From Escherichia coli (GTDB lineage Bacteria > Pseudomonadota > Gammaproteobacteria > Enterobacterales > Enterobacteriaceae), in the NCBI RefSeq assembly GCF_030013595.1, contig NZ_CP122768.1: a stretch of DNA of 64,000 nucleotides. One strand, written 5' to 3'. Position numbers and translations under genes: made by a program. Position 1 is the first letter of the stretch. Every line of letters starts with the position of its first letter. Positions 1 to 10,968 of the stretch are shown here, piece by piece. The notes below the pieces were generated by a model, which had not been told where the DNA came from, did not search any database, and saw only the letters and a list, made by a program, of their open reading frames with translations.

Positions 1-1
1 G

Positions 2-79
2 TCAAACGGGCGATATTACGAACCTGCGCCCGGGCGAAATTATGGTGTCGGCATGAATATTGCGTGGCGATTTGAGTAA
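2..79 (+). CDS. yncD: 3' end of TonB-dependent outer-membrane receptor (partial; start is upstream of the window)
   Basis: Open frame from the window edge ending ...GRNYGVGMNIAWRFE-TAA (77-79). Lies next to mcbR as in K-12. Hairpin at 87-110 follows. Confidence 0.6.
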   Translation, partial: SNGRYYEPAPGRNYGVGMNIAWRFE

Positions 80-114
80 TTACCTTGATGCCCGGTATTT
101 GCCGGGCATTTACT

Positions 115-780
115 TTAACGATTGTATTGCTGGTATAAAATAGCAATATTTTGTTGCATAATTTCAGCAAGACAATGTCTGCATCCCTCTTTGTCTTTTG
201 CTTTTAACGCGGCGAGTAATAGACGATAGTTTTCTATACGCTCCCGTAATTCCGCTGGATTAATCGCTTCATAGAGATAATGTAAACCAGGTCCCATCCT
301 GACCCACAGTTGCTCAATCATCTCACACAGGATGGGCATATTTGAACGATGATAAATTGCTAAGCGAAATAGCCTGTTCGCATTAATGATTTGTTCCATG
401 TCGCCCTTTTCTTGCGCCTGCTGTAATTTCTCGAGCAATTCCTCGAGTTCCGCCAGGTCTTGCGGGGTGAGGTTTTCAACAGCCAGAGTAACTGCCATTA
501 ATTCCAGCTCGTAGCGGATCCGATTGATTTCGTCTAATTGACGTTTCCCCACTTCCGGAACTGTAAATGCTTGCGCTGGTGCGACAGAAAGCGCATTCAC
601 CGAAACCAGACGTAATAATGCTTCACGCACAGGTGTAATACTCATACCTAATTGCTCCGCCAGATTTTTAGTAATCAGGCGTGCGCCAGGTTTTAGTGCG
701 CCAATACTAAGCTGATGTTTCAGGTCATTCTCAACCTGCAGAGTCAAACTGACATGTTTCATTATTTCCGTTCCAGGCAT
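115..780 (-). CDS. mcbR: GntR/FadR-family transcriptional regulator McbR (YncC)
   Basis: ORF 115-837. Start chosen at MPGTEIMKHVSLTLQV..., giving 221 aa, which matches my recall of K-12 McbR almost residue for residue. Confidence 0.9.
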   Translation of the reverse strand: MPGTEIMKHVSLTLQVENDLKHQLSIGALKPGARLITKNLAEQLGMSITPVREALLRLVSVNALSVAPAQAFTVPEVGKRQLDEINRIRYELELMAVTLAVENLTPQDLAELEELLEKLQQAQEKGDMEQIINANRLFRLAIYHRSNMPILCEMIEQLWVRMGPGLHYLYEAINPAELRERIENYRLLLAALKAKDKEGCRHCLAEIMQQNIAILYQQYNR

Positions 781-977
781 TTTAATTCCTTCGCGTGTTT
801 TCTGTCCAACCCTGCCTGCATGGCAGAAGGAGTTCACCTGGGGTATTAAAGTGAATAATCATAAACCACTCACCTTTGTTGTTATTAGCAGCAGAACAAT
901 GACGTGGTTAGTTAATTAAAGCTGAAAATAAGCTTTTTGCCTGGATTTTTATGGCGGCTTACGCCGCCGTCGTATCT

Positions 978-2015
978 TTAATCATCACCCGCCACGCGGA
1001 TCACCACTTTGCCGAAGTTTTTACCCTTCAGCAGGCCGATAAATGTCTGTGGCGCATTCTCTAAACCGTCAGTAATTTCTTCGCGGTAGTGGATTTTATC
1101 CTCTTTCACCCATTGCCCCATCTCCTTCTGAAACTCATGGATGCGGTGACCATAATCCTGAGCGATAATAAATCCTTGCAAGCGAATACGTTTTTTCAGC
1201 ACCGTAGCCATCAGCAGAGGTAAACGATCCGGACCGGGTGGTAGCTCTGTAGCGTTATAGCTGCTCACTAAGCCGCAGACGGGAATGCGCGCAGATGTAT
1301 TAAGTAAAGGTAGCACTGCATCAAATACCTTACCGCCCACGTTTTCATAATAGATATCAACGCCTTTTGGGCACGCTTTCGCCAGTTGTTCGGCAAAATC
1401 ATCCGCATGGTGATCAAGGCATACATCGAAGCCTAAAACCTCGGTAGCATGGCGGCATTTTTCCGCGCCACCGGCTATCCCCACCACCCTGCAACCTTTA
1501 AGTTTGCCGATTTGACCCACCGTCGCCCCCACTGGTCCTGTCGCCGCAGCTACCACCAGCGTTTCGCCCTCTTTGGGCTGACCGATATCCAGCAGCCCCA
1601 TATAAGGGGTAAAGCCTGGCATCCCCAGCACACCCAGCGACCACGATGGATTTTGCGGATGATCGCCAAGTTTCACCAAATCATCACCACTGGATATGTC
1701 ATAGTCCTGCCATCCACTGTAGCCCAGCACCCAGTCGCCAGGCTGGTAATCAGGATGATTCGACTCCACGACACGGCTCACCGTACCGCCGACCATCACG
1801 CCGCCAATATCAACCGGCGGTGAATAAGATGGCTCATCGCTCATACGTCCACGCATATACGGGTCCAGGGACAAATAAACTGTGCGCAGTAACACCTGTC
1901 CTTCACTCGGTGTGGCGACATCATCTTCTTCAAGACGAAAGTTCTCCGGAACCGGCGCGCCATGCGGACGCGAGGCCAGAACCCAACGTCGATTACGCTG
2001 CTTTTGTTGCCCCAT
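978..2015 (-). CDS. curA: NADPH-dependent curcumin/dihydrocurcumin reductase (zinc-independent MDR family)
   Basis: ORF 978-2108. Start at MGQQKQRNRRWVLASRP gives 345 aa as in K-12 CurA (YncB). Nucleotide-binding motif AAATGPVG is present. Confidence 0.9.
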   Translation of the reverse strand: MGQQKQRNRRWVLASRPHGAPVPENFRLEEDDVATPSEGQVLLRTVYLSLDPYMRGRMSDEPSYSPPVDIGGVMVGGTVSRVVESNHPDYQPGDWVLGYSGWQDYDISSGDDLVKLGDHPQNPSWSLGVLGMPGFTPYMGLLDIGQPKEGETLVVAAATGPVGATVGQIGKLKGCRVVGIAGGAEKCRHATEVLGFDVCLDHHADDFAEQLAKACPKGVDIYYENVGGKVFDAVLPLLNTSARIPVCGLVSSYNATELPPGPDRLPLLMATVLKKRIRLQGFIIAQDYGHRIHEFQKEMGQWVKEDKIHYREEITDGLENAPQTFIGLLKGKNFGKVVIRVAGDD

Positions 2016-2195
2016 AATGCTCTCCTGTGCTTTTGGCATGAATCCATCAATAGTAGCAGGCTCGCAGGAATGGTTTTGTTTGCAGCCGTCACATCCCCTC
2101 TGCAACACGCAATAATTTCATCGAGGAATCCGTTGCTTCGGGCTGTTTTCGATAGTATTGATAACGTCATCATCATTATTTAATCGAGGCCAAAC

Positions 2196-2711
2196 ATGTC
2201 CATCCGTTTTGCCCGCAAAGCCGACTGTGCTGCCATTGCGGAAATTTATAACCACGCCGTGTTGTATACGGCGGCTATCTGGAATGACCAAACGGTGGAT
2301 GCAGATAACCGCATTGCCTGGTTCGAAGCGCGGACTTTAGCTGGTTATCCGGTGCTGGTGAGTGAACAAGATGGCGTAGTGACGGGATATGCCTCGTTTG
2401 GCGACTGGCGTAGTTTCGATGGTTTTCGCCATACCGTGGAACATTCGGTTTATGTCCATCCCGATCATCAGGGCAAAGGTCTGGGGCGTAAATTGTTAAG
2501 CCGATTGATTGATGAAGCGCGGGATTGCGGGAAGCATGTCATGGTCGCCGGGATCGAATCGCAAAACCAGGCTTCGCTGCATCTCCACCAGTCGCTGGGA
2601 TTTGTCGTCACCGCGCAAATGCCGCAGGTAGGCACTAAATTTGGGCGCTGGCTGGATCTGACATTTATGCAGTTGCAACTCGACGAACGCAGTGAACCGG
2701 ACGCAATCTGA
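2196..2711 (+). CDS. mnaT: GNAT L-amino-acid N-acyltransferase (methionine sulfoximine/sulfone acetyltransferase)
   Basis: 171-aa ORF MSIRFARKADCAAIAEIYNH..., matching K-12 YncA/MnaT. Divergent from curA. Confidence 0.9.
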   Translation: MSIRFARKADCAAIAEIYNHAVLYTAAIWNDQTVDADNRIAWFEARTLAGYPVLVSEQDGVVTGYASFGDWRSFDGFRHTVEHSVYVHPDHQGKGLGRKLLSRLIDEARDCGKHVMVAGIESQNQASLHLHQSLGFVVTAQMPQVGTKFGRWLDLTFMQLQLDERSEPDAI

Positions 2712-3160
2712 TGAATCAGTCGCTTACCCTTGCCTTTTTGATTGCCGCCGGGATTGGTCTGGTAGTCCAAAACACGCTGATGGTGCGCATCACTCAGATC
2801 TCCTCAACCATTCTCATCGCCATGTTGCTGAACTCTTTGGTAGGAATTGTGCTGTTCGTTTCTATTTTATGGTTTAAACAAGGCATGGCGGGGTTTGGCG
2901 AACTGGTGTCCAGCGTGCGCTGGTGGACACTTATACCTGGCTTGCTGGGATCGTTTTTTGTCTTCGCCAGTATCAGCGGATATCAGAATGTGGGAGCGGC
3001 GACAACTATTGCGGTACTGGTCGCCAGCCAGCTGATTGGCGGTCTGGTGCTGGATATCTTCCGCAGCCATGGCGTACCACTACGGGCGTTGATCGGCCCA
3101 ATTTGTGGCGCAATTTTACTTGTGGTTGGTGCCTGGCTGGTGGCCAGGCGCACATTTTAA
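2711..3160 (+). CDS. ydcZ: Inner-membrane protein, DUF606 family
   Basis: 149-aa polytopic hydrophobic ORF. Its ATG overlaps the mnaT stop (ATGA). Matches K-12 YdcZ. Confidence 0.9.
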   Translation: MNQSLTLAFLIAAGIGLVVQNTLMVRITQISSTILIAMLLNSLVGIVLFVSILWFKQGMAGFGELVSSVRWWTLIPGLLGSFFVFASISGYQNVGAATTIAVLVASQLIGGLVLDIFRSHGVPLRALIGPICGAILLVVGAWLVARRTF

Positions 3161-3394
3161 TCAGAGGATGGTGCCACCTTTGGTTAACTGTTCGTGGCGC
3201 GCTTCCATATCTTCTTTATGCTTGCGACCGTGATGGGCGATCGCTGTGCGCAGACGCTGCTGCTGGGTGTAGCGATCTTCCCGACTTAACTCCGCGTCAT
3301 CGCTCAGGGCGATTAATAATTCGTTCATATGGGCAATGACGCTCTCTTCAATCGCGGCATCCACGCGCGCGATGACTTCATCCAGATGCGACAT
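3161..3394 (-). CDS. ydcY: Small conserved protein YdcY (DUF2526)
   Basis: 77-aa ORF MSHLDEVIARVDAAIEESV..., matching K-12 YdcY. Confidence 0.9.
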   Translation of the reverse strand: MSHLDEVIARVDAAIEESVIAHMNELLIALSDDAELSREDRYTQQQRLRTAIAHHGRKHKEDMEARHEQLTKGGTIL

Positions 3395-3479
3395 ACTTTC
3401 TCCTTAGCCACTTGTGAAATTTATCGATTCATCCAAATGATATAAGTCTGCGTGGTGCCGTCAAGCCAGTGAGTAAGAT

Positions 3480-3653
3480 TTAAAACAGTGAAAACAACAG
3501 CGCCACCGGGAAACTCATCGGCCATGTTGCCCCCACCAGAAAGGCGCTTAAGAAACGGATGCGTTTCTTATCGTGAGAAAGAAACCAGGTGATAAGAAAT
3601 GCGATTGCTGCCATAACCGCATAAAAAACAAGCATGTGTTGATAGAGAGACAT
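3480..3653 (-). CDS. ortT: Orphan membrane toxin OrtT (YdcX), 57 aa
   Basis: Internal start MSLYQHMLVFYAVMAAIAFLITWFL... within ORF 3480-3728 gives the 57-aa K-12 protein. Confidence 0.85.
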   Translation of the reverse strand: MSLYQHMLVFYAVMAAIAFLITWFLSHDKKRIRFLSAFLVGATWPMSFPVALLFSLF

Positions 3654-3846
3654 GTACGGGCGTCCAGCCAGATGAATAAAACGCGCGCAAATATGCGTCA
3701 TTTTTTGATGTGCATCAAGTTTTTTCACCAGTTTGAGAAAAAATCATCAACAGCAACTTGCCCTTATCCATCTTCAGAATAAGTATTATTGCGGATTTTC
3801 TTAACCCGTACTATACACATAGGGGCAATGATAAAAGGTGGCAAAA

Positions 3847-3942
3847 ATGAATGTTTCCAGTAGAACCGTAGTACTGATAAATGTCTTTGCTGCTGTTGGT
3901 TTGTTTACTCTTATCTCTATGAGATTTGGCTGGTTTATTTGA
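3847..3942 (+). CDS. yncL: Small membrane protein YncL, 31 aa
   Basis: Hand translation gives MNVSSRTVVLINVFAAVGLFTLISMRFGWFI-TGA. It is too short for the ORF track and matches my recall of K-12 YncL. Confidence 0.8.
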   Translation: MNVSSRTVVLINVFAAVGLFTLISMRFGWFI

Positions 3943-4343
3943 TGTAGTGATTTTGCACGCAGCACGTACTGTCAGAGAAATCAGTGCTCTGACAGTACGC
4001 AAGATCATCTCATACTCTCCAGGTTTACAACATTATCCTTAATATTTACTTCTTTTTCCTGACATCTACATTGAAATAAGTAGAAAACATCCCCCTCCTG
4101 TCGTCTATACAGACAGCTTACTGATTCAAAGGGAACCTTGTTTTCACATTTTTCTATCATCAATACTTTAGACGCGCGGGAGTCTATAAATGCTTTATAC
4201 TTTCAGGGAATAAAGTAAATATAAAAAGATGGCGTAAAGTATATGCATGGCAGGATGATTGCAACCTCCTTGATGACGCTGTCCCATTGAAATTGCAAAC
4301 CCCGCACTGGTTATCTTGCCCATTTATCATGCAGAACAGATAA

Positions 4344-5153
4344 TTATAGGTCTCTAAATATCTCAGAAAGATTGAATTTTTTATAGTCCATCTCTTGAAT
4401 ATTTCCATTTGATATCAATCGATTCATCTCTTCAACAAAATAATTTATATCATCACATTTGTTATTATCCGGAAGATCTGAGTAATTATAATTCCACCAC
4501 TTTATTCTCAACAATTCATCAATAACATTTGAATCAAATCTAAATCTGATTATTTTTGCTGGAACTCCTGCAACTATGGCATATGGGGGCACATCTTTGG
4601 TAACAACGGAATTGGCAGCAATAACAGCACCATCACCTATTGCGATGCCACCTTTCAGTACAACATCATTTCCTATCCAGACATCATTTCCTATAATCGG
4701 ATTTTCAGGTTTGGTAATGAATGGTTTCAATGTCCAGCTACGTTCAAACTCACTCTTAGCAAACTTATCAAATTCACCGTTATAAGTCATCATGTGAGTA
4801 GTAAAACGATTCAAAGGATGATTTCCACCCATTATTTTTACATTTGATGCAATACTACAAAATCGACCTATATGTATATTCCCTGTAAAATGACAGGTCG
4901 GGAATGAAAAAGCGCCGACACTGGAGAAATTTTTTACAGGCATTGTTGAATATTCTTCAGCAATAACATTATCTTCAATTGTTATCTTGTCACCTTTTGA
5001 GAAAAGAAATAAATTTCTTTCTTTATACGACTTCTTCCCCTTATGATTTAAAAAGATTTTATTATCCATACAAAACTCAAAGTGTTTTTTCGCCCACCTG
5101 AAGGTAAGGGTTTTATTTTTATCTTCCGTGAATTTATACAATTGAACTTTCAT
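4344..5153 (-). CDS. Hexapeptide-repeat xenobiotic acetyltransferase (XAT/Vat-like)
   Basis: 269 aa. Contains GNDVWIGNDVVLKGGIAIGDGAVIAANSVVTKDVPPYAIVAGVPAKIIRFRF followed by LLRIKWWNY, the left-handed beta-helix and C-terminal motif typical of Vat(D)/CatB-class enzymes. The gene is very AT-rich and absent from this position in K-12. Confidence 0.8.
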   Translation of the reverse strand: MKVQLYKFTEDKNKTLTFRWAKKHFEFCMDNKIFLNHKGKKSYKERNLFLFSKGDKITIEDNVIAEEYSTMPVKNFSSVGAFSFPTCHFTGNIHIGRFCSIASNVKIMGGNHPLNRFTTHMMTYNGEFDKFAKSEFERSWTLKPFITKPENPIIGNDVWIGNDVVLKGGIAIGDGAVIAANSVVTKDVPPYAIVAGVPAKIIRFRFDSNVIDELLRIKWWNYNYSDLPDNNKCDDINYFVEEMNRLISNGNIQEMDYKKFNLSEIFRDL

Positions 5154-5375
5154 TGTTAATACTTCTACTTATAAATTATTAGGTTAATAACGATACTCTA
5201 AAGCCTTATGCGAATCAACTATGACAGGATGAAAAATCACCAACATACATTTAGATCATAATAACTGCCTAATTTTTCCGCTAGTTATTAATGTAATCAT
5301 TCTGATACTTAATCACCATTACACTCAGAACCTAAAACGATAGTGGCCGCCCTATAACAGCCACTAACATTTAAC

Positions 5376-6800
5376 TTAATGTTTAACCATGACGTGGCGG
5401 ACGACGGTGTAATCCTCCAGCCCATAAAGTGACATATCCTTGCCGTAACCAGAAAGTTTCTGCCCACCGTGCGGCATTTCACTTACCAGCATGAAATGGG
5501 TATTGACCCAGGTACAACCATATTGTAGCCGTGCGCTGACGCGATGCGCCCTGCCCACATCTTTCGTCCATACCGAAGATGCAAGTCCGTACTGGCTGTC
5601 ATTCGCCCAGTTCACCATCTGTTCTTCGTTGTCGAAGAGCGTAACACTCACTACTGGACCAAATACCTCTTTTTGCACGATGGCATCATCCTGTAATGCG
5701 CCAGCCAGCAGCGTCGGCGCATAGTAATAGCCATTACCCTTGCGCTTTTCACCGCCAGTGATCACTTTGATGTGCCCTGTCGCTTTCGCCTCTTCTACCG
5801 CCTTGCTGACGCGTTCGAGATGCGCCAGCGAACTTAAAGGTCCAAGCTCCGTAGAGTCGTCATCCGGCGCACCCGATTTTAACGTTGCCACTGCAGCACC
5901 AAGTTTTTCCACCAGCGTATCGTAAATGCCTTTTTGCGCATAGATCCGACAAGCCGCTGTACAATCCTGTCCGGCATTGTAATAGCCAAAAGTACGTACA
6001 CCTTCGACCACCGCTTCAATATCCGCATCATCAAAAACTATCACTGGCGCTTTGCCACCAAGTTCCATATGAGTACGCTTTATGGACGGCGCGGTATGGC
6101 TGATGATGTGTTCCCCAGTGGCGATAGAGCCCGTCAGCGACACCATCCGCACTTTGGGATGACCGGTCAGCGGATCGCCCACCGTTTTGCCTCTGCCAAA
6201 CAGTACATTAATCACGCCAGCCGGGAAGATATCTTTCGCCAGCTCTGCCAACTTCAACGCTGTCAGCGGGGTAATTTCTGATGGTTTAAGCACTACGCAG
6301 TTCCCTGCCGCCAGCGCCGGAGCCAGTTTCCACGCAGCCATCATCAGCGGATAATTCCACGGTGCGATAGAAGCCACGACCCCCAACGGATCGCGACGGA
6401 TCATCGAAGTATGACCTTCAAGATATTCACCTGCCGCCAGACCATTCAGGCAGCGAGCTGCTCCGGCGAAAAAGCGAAAGACATCGACAATCGCCGGGAT
6501 TTCATCATTGAACGCACTATGCAGCGGTTTGCCACAGTTACGGGACTCCAGTTCGGCTAAAACCTGACCATTTTCTTCGATAACATCAGCCAGTTTCAGC
6601 AGGCATTCCGCACGCGCTTTCGGCGTGGTTTGCCCCCATTCGGCAAATGCTGCATCTGCCGCGCGAACAGCAGCATCCACCTGTTCTGCGGATGCCTCGG
6701 CAATCTCTAGTAAAACGTCCCCCGTTGCCGGATTATAGACAGGCTGTTTTTCCCCTTCGCCGCTAACCAGTTCTCCGTTAATCAGTAACTTATGTTGCAT
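5376..6800 (-). CDS. patD: Gamma-aminobutyraldehyde dehydrogenase
   Basis: 474-aa aldehyde dehydrogenase ([27 protein letters not shown]...) matching K-12 PatD/YdcW. Terminator hairpin at 5341-5368. Confidence 0.95.
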   Translation of the reverse strand: MQHKLLINGELVSGEGEKQPVYNPATGDVLLEIAEASAEQVDAAVRAADAAFAEWGQTTPKARAECLLKLADVIEENGQVLAELESRNCGKPLHSAFNDEIPAIVDVFRFFAGAARCLNGLAAGEYLEGHTSMIRRDPLGVVASIAPWNYPLMMAAWKLAPALAAGNCVVLKPSEITPLTALKLAELAKDIFPAGVINVLFGRGKTVGDPLTGHPKVRMVSLTGSIATGEHIISHTAPSIKRTHMELGGKAPVIVFDDADIEAVVEGVRTFGYYNAGQDCTAACRIYAQKGIYDTLVEKLGAAVATLKSGAPDDDSTELGPLSSLAHLERVSKAVEEAKATGHIKVITGGEKRKGNGYYYAPTLLAGALQDDAIVQKEVFGPVVSVTLFDNEEQMVNWANDSQYGLASSVWTKDVGRAHRVSARLQYGCTWVNTHFMLVSEMPHGGQKLSGYGKDMSLYGLEDYTVVRHVMVKH

Positions 6801-6821
6801 AGCATATTCCTGTATCAGTGG

Positions 6822-7616
6822 TTATTGACCATTGTCGCCTTCGCGGGTTAGCCACCAGGCCCCCAGGATCGGCAAGGTTGTTACCAACATAACCAGCAGT
6901 GCCACCACGTTAGTTACCGGTACATCACGCGGTCGCCCAAGCTGATTGAGCAACCACAACGGTAACGTTCGTTCATGACCTGCCGTAAAGGTCGTCACGA
7001 TGATTTCATCGAACGACAAGGCAAACGCCAGCATTCCTCCTGCCAGTAACGCCGAACTGAGATTCGGCAACACTACGTAGCGGAAGGTTTGCCAGCCATT
7101 GGCCCCAAGATCCATTGACGCCTCAACCAGACTCCACGAGGTGCGGCGAAAACGGGCGATGACATTGTTAAACACCACAACTACACAAAAAGTCGCATGA
7201 CCGACCACGATGGTGAAAAATCCCGGCTCCAGATTGATGGTTTTAAAGGCGGTTAACAACGCCAGACCAGTGACAATGCCCGGCAGCGCAATGGGCAGCA
7301 GCAGTAACAGCGAAATGGCGTTTTTGCCGAAAAAGTCTCGTCGCCACAGCGCGGCAGCGGCCAGCGTCCCTAACACCAGCGCCATTAATGTCGCCAGCGC
7401 CGCCACTTTAAGTGACAGTGTCACGGCATCAAGAATATCACTACGCTGTGCTGCCACGCTAAACCAGCGCAGCGTCAGGCCCTGCGGTGGAAAACTAAAC
7501 GCCGCACCTTCAGTGTTGAACGCATAGGCGGCGATTATCAGGATGGGAAAATGTAGGAAAACAACGCCGCCCCAGGCCGCCAGTTTGAGGAAAAACGGTG
7601 CGCGTTCAGAGTGCAT
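6822..7616 (-). CDS. ydcV: ABC transporter permease
   Basis: 264-aa polytopic ORF, last permease of the ydcSTUV operon. Overlaps ydcU by 11 nt. Confidence 0.9.
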   Translation of the reverse strand: MHSERAPFFLKLAAWGGVVFLHFPILIIAAYAFNTEGAAFSFPPQGLTLRWFSVAAQRSDILDAVTLSLKVAALATLMALVLGTLAAAALWRRDFFGKNAISLLLLLPIALPGIVTGLALLTAFKTINLEPGFFTIVVGHATFCVVVVFNNVIARFRRTSWSLVEASMDLGANGWQTFRYVVLPNLSSALLAGGMLAFALSFDEIIVTTFTAGHERTLPLWLLNQLGRPRDVPVTNVVALLVMLVTTLPILGAWWLTREGDNGQ

Positions 7617-8547
7617 CGAACGCTCCCAGACGTTTCACGAACGCCAGGTACAGTGCGATAAGAACAATCGGCACCAGGGTGAATGCCGCCGCCATCGGCA
7701 TATTGCCAATCGCCCCCTGCTGGGAATAAACCATATTGCCGATAAAATATCCTGGCGGGCCAACCAGCTGCGGGACGATAAAATCGCCCAGTGTGAGTGA
7801 GAAGGTAAAGATAGAGCCAGCGGCAATACCAGGGATCGCCAGCGGCAGCACCACATAGCGAAAGGTTTGTCGTGGACGTGCGCCGAGATCAGCTGACGCC
7901 TGCAACAATGACGGCGGCAAACGCTCAAGCGCCGCCTGCACGGGCAGGATCATGAACGGCAGCCAGATATAGAGAAACACCAGAAAGCGCCCCAGCCCGG
8001 AAGTTGACAGCGTATTGCCGCCCACCGCAGGTAATGTAAGGAACGCAGTCAGCAGTGGTTCCAGCCCAAGATGTTGTAAAAACCACTGAGCCACGCCATC
8101 TTTTGCCAGCAATAACGTCCAGGCATAGGCTTTAACAATGTAGCTCGCCCACATCGGCAACATTACCGCAATATAAAAAAACGCTTTCATTTTCCCGCTG
8201 GTATAGCGCGCCATATACCACGCCATTGGAAAAGCCAGAATGGCGCTGGCGATAGTGACTGCCACAGCCATAGTCAGCGTGCGGAGAATGATGTCGTAAT
8301 TCGCCGGATTAAACAGCGCACGGATATTCGCCAGCGTCAGTTCCGGCGTTACCGACATGGTGAAATCGTCAAAGGTATAAAATCCCTGCCATAACAGTGT
8401 CAGCAGCGAGCCGAAATAGACAATGCCAAACCACATTAGCGGGCCAAGCAGCAGTAAAAACAGCCCCAGCCCCGGATTACGCCAGAAGAAACCGGACACC
8501 TTACCCAGACCTGGACGTGAAGGTGATTGCAATACATTCATCGCCAT
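7606..8547 (-). CDS. ydcU: ABC transporter permease
   Basis: 313-aa polytopic ORF, matching K-12 YdcU. Confidence 0.9.
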   Translation of the reverse strand: MAMNVLQSPSRPGLGKVSGFFWRNPGLGLFLLLLGPLMWFGIVYFGSLLTLLWQGFYTFDDFTMSVTPELTLANIRALFNPANYDIILRTLTMAVAVTIASAILAFPMAWYMARYTSGKMKAFFYIAVMLPMWASYIVKAYAWTLLLAKDGVAQWFLQHLGLEPLLTAFLTLPAVGGNTLSTSGLGRFLVFLYIWLPFMILPVQAALERLPPSLLQASADLGARPRQTFRYVVLPLAIPGIAAGSIFTFSLTLGDFIVPQLVGPPGYFIGNMVYSQQGAIGNMPMAAAFTLVPIVLIALYLAFVKRLGAFDAL

Positions 8548-9561
8548 TCACCTCTCCTCAACCAGCGGCACCATCACATCACGCGACCAGGAAACCATCA
8601 CCTGTTGTCCGGGCGTGAGCGTGGCAGGCAGTTCTTCGCCTGTCATATTGGCCTGACTCACAAGCAGTTTTTCACCGCCGTTCAATTTCAGTTCAAAACG
8701 TGTTGCCGCGCCCTGATATTGCACCGCCTGGATCGTGCCATTGGCCTGCAGTTCACCAGGGGTGTTGAGGCGGATATGTTCCGGTCGCAGGGCGAAGCTT
8801 CCCGTCATGCCACAAAGTTTCTCTGCCATCAGTCCATCAAAAACATTCGATGTACCAACGAACCCGGCAACAAACGGCGTGCGCGGGCGCATATAGAGAT
8901 CGCGCGGGGAATCGACCTGCTCAATGCGTCCATTATTGAAAACCGCAACACGATCAGACATCGATAACGCTTCGCCCTGATCGTGGGTAACGAAGATAAA
9001 AGTGATACCGAGAGACTGTTGCAGCTTTTTTAGTTCCAGTTGCATCTGCTCACGCAATTTGAGATCCAGTGCGCCGAGCGGTTCATCCAACAGCAATACG
9101 CGCGGTTCATTCACCAGTGCTCTGGCGATGGCGACTCGCTGGCGCTGACCACCAGAAAGTTGTGACGGTTTGCGTTGCTGAACAAAACCCAGCGCCACTT
9201 TCTCCAGCGCCTCTTGCGCCATCGCATGCCGCTGTTTTTTATTCACGCCTTTGACCATCAGACCATAGGCGACGTTGTCAAGAATCGACATATGCGGAAA
9301 TAGTGCGTAGTCCTGGAAGACAGTATTCACGTCCCGCTCCCACGGTGGCAGATTGCTGGCGGGTTTACCAAAGATAGAGATAGCCCCGCCGGAAAGCTGT
9401 TCGAAGCCAGCAATCAGGCGCAGGCAGGTGGTTTTGCCGGAGCCGGACGGCCCCAGCATAGAGAAGAACTCACCATCTTTTATCGCAATACTGACGCCAT
9501 CTACTGCGCGAACGTCACCGTACAACCGCGAGACGTTGTCAAACTCCACTGCGTACGTCAT
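8548..9561 (-). CDS. ydcT: ABC transporter ATP-binding protein
   Basis: 337 aa. Walker A GPSGSGKT, signature LSGGQRQR, Walker B LLLDEP. Confidence 0.9.
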   Translation of the reverse strand: MTYAVEFDNVSRLYGDVRAVDGVSIAIKDGEFFSMLGPSGSGKTTCLRLIAGFEQLSGGAISIFGKPASNLPPWERDVNTVFQDYALFPHMSILDNVAYGLMVKGVNKKQRHAMAQEALEKVALGFVQQRKPSQLSGGQRQRVAIARALVNEPRVLLLDEPLGALDLKLREQMQLELKKLQQSLGITFIFVTHDQGEALSMSDRVAVFNNGRIEQVDSPRDLYMRPRTPFVAGFVGTSNVFDGLMAEKLCGMTGSFALRPEHIRLNTPGELQANGTIQAVQYQGAATRFELKLNGGEKLLVSQANMTGEELPATLTPGQQVMVSWSRDVMVPLVEER

Positions 9562-9578
9562 AAAACACCCCAGCGAAG

Positions 9579-10724
9579 TTAGCGACCGCCCATAATGGCA
9601 ATGTAATCCTGCGTCCAGCGACTGTAGGGAACAAACTTGCCCCCTTCTGCTATAGGCGTTTTCCAGAAGGCGATTTTATCGAAATAGTTAAAACCGTTGG
9701 TTTCACAACCTTTTTCGCCTAATAACGGACTGGCTTTACACCCTTCCGGCACTACCGGTAACGAGCCAAACCAGGCCGCCACATCGCCCTGCACTTTTGG
9801 CGTTAATGACCAGTTCATCCATTTGTAGGCGCAAACCGGATGTTTCGCTTCACTATGTAGCATGGTGGTGTCAGCCCAACCGGTAACGCCCTCTTTCGGG
9901 AATACGGTCGCGACAGGCTGGCCTTCGGCTTTCAGGGCGTTGGCCTGATAGGGCCATGCACTGGAAGCAACCACACCCTCGTTTTTGAAATCGCTCATTT
10001 GCACGGTAGTGTCATGCCAGTAGCGATGGATCAAACTATGTTGATCGCGCAGCACTTTCAGCACCGCCTGGTACTGTTCTTCGGTGAGTTGATACGGATC
10101 GCTGATGCCCAACTGCGGCTGAGTGGCTTTAACGAACAACGCAGCGTCCGCAATGTAGATAGGGCCATCATAAGCCTGGACGCGGCCTTTATTGCTCTTG
10201 CCGTCCGGCAGATTCTGCTCAACAAAAACCACTTGCCAGCTATCCGGCGGCGTCGGGAAGGTTTTAGTGTTGTACATCAGCAGGTTCGGCCCCCATTGGT
10301 AAGGTGTGCCGTAAACTTTGCCGCCAACGTTAAACCAGTCGCCTTTAACCACGCGCGGATCGAGCGCTTTCCAGTTGGGAATCAAGGCAGTATTAATCGG
10401 CTGCACGCGTTTGCCCATAATCAAACGCAGCGAGGCATCGCCAGATGCCGTAACCAGATCGTAACCCCCTTTGGTCATCAGACTGACCATTTCATCGGAA
10501 GTCGCGGCGGTTTTCACATTCACCGCGCAGCCTGTCTCTTTTTCGAATTGCGTTACCCAGTCGTATTGTTTATCAGTTTGTCCGCGTTCGATGTATCCCG
10601 GCCAGGCGATAATATCCAGTCGCCCTTCCGGTTTATCTAAATTGGTAGGCGGTTCGGCGGCGTGAGCGGTCATTATTGTCATGGTGAGCGCACACAGGCT
10701 GCTGCGGGCAAATGTCTTGCTCAT
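9579..10724 (-). CDS. ydcS: Periplasmic substrate-binding protein of the YdcSTUV transporter
   Basis: 381 aa with a signal peptide (MSKTFARSSLCALTMTIMTAHA). Matches K-12 YdcS. Confidence 0.9.
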   Translation of the reverse strand: MSKTFARSSLCALTMTIMTAHAAEPPTNLDKPEGRLDIIAWPGYIERGQTDKQYDWVTQFEKETGCAVNVKTAATSDEMVSLMTKGGYDLVTASGDASLRLIMGKRVQPINTALIPNWKALDPRVVKGDWFNVGGKVYGTPYQWGPNLLMYNTKTFPTPPDSWQVVFVEQNLPDGKSNKGRVQAYDGPIYIADAALFVKATQPQLGISDPYQLTEEQYQAVLKVLRDQHSLIHRYWHDTTVQMSDFKNEGVVASSAWPYQANALKAEGQPVATVFPKEGVTGWADTTMLHSEAKHPVCAYKWMNWSLTPKVQGDVAAWFGSLPVVPEGCKASPLLGEKGCETNGFNYFDKIAFWKTPIAEGGKFVPYSRWTQDYIAIMGGR

Positions 10725-10968
10725 AAGGTCTTACTCCTGTCGTAATTAATTGTTCAGCCGCCGTGCCGTAAAAATATCTCCTTGTTTAACCATAGACGGC
10801 GGCTTGCAGGCACACCTTCGCCCCTGAGAAAATTTAATCAGGTTGTGAGCTACCGTGCATTATGCCGTCTGTAAGGTTATCTTCTGGAGTATAGACAAGG
10901 AGTTAGGAAATATGACTGCTATTCGAAATTCATATTACTTAACCTGAGAGGAATTAAATTAAACGCTA

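Noticed and set aside
1449-2183. Several 60-125-aa ORFs on the plus strand (and one on the minus strand) overlapping curA
   Set aside because: They lie antisense to, or out of frame within, a well-conserved gene, have Arg/Pro/His-rich composition and lack an RBS. They are typical shadow ORFs.
3811-4008. 65-aa minus-strand ORF overlapping yncL antisense
   Set aside because: It overlaps a known small gene on the opposite strand, lacks an RBS and has odd composition.
9999-10640. 213-aa plus-strand ORF inside ydcS; also the 246-aa plus-strand ORF at 50681-51421 inside rlhA
   Set aside because: Both are long antisense frames within conserved core genes. They are Arg/His/Gln-rich, have no RBS and are not known genes in K-12.
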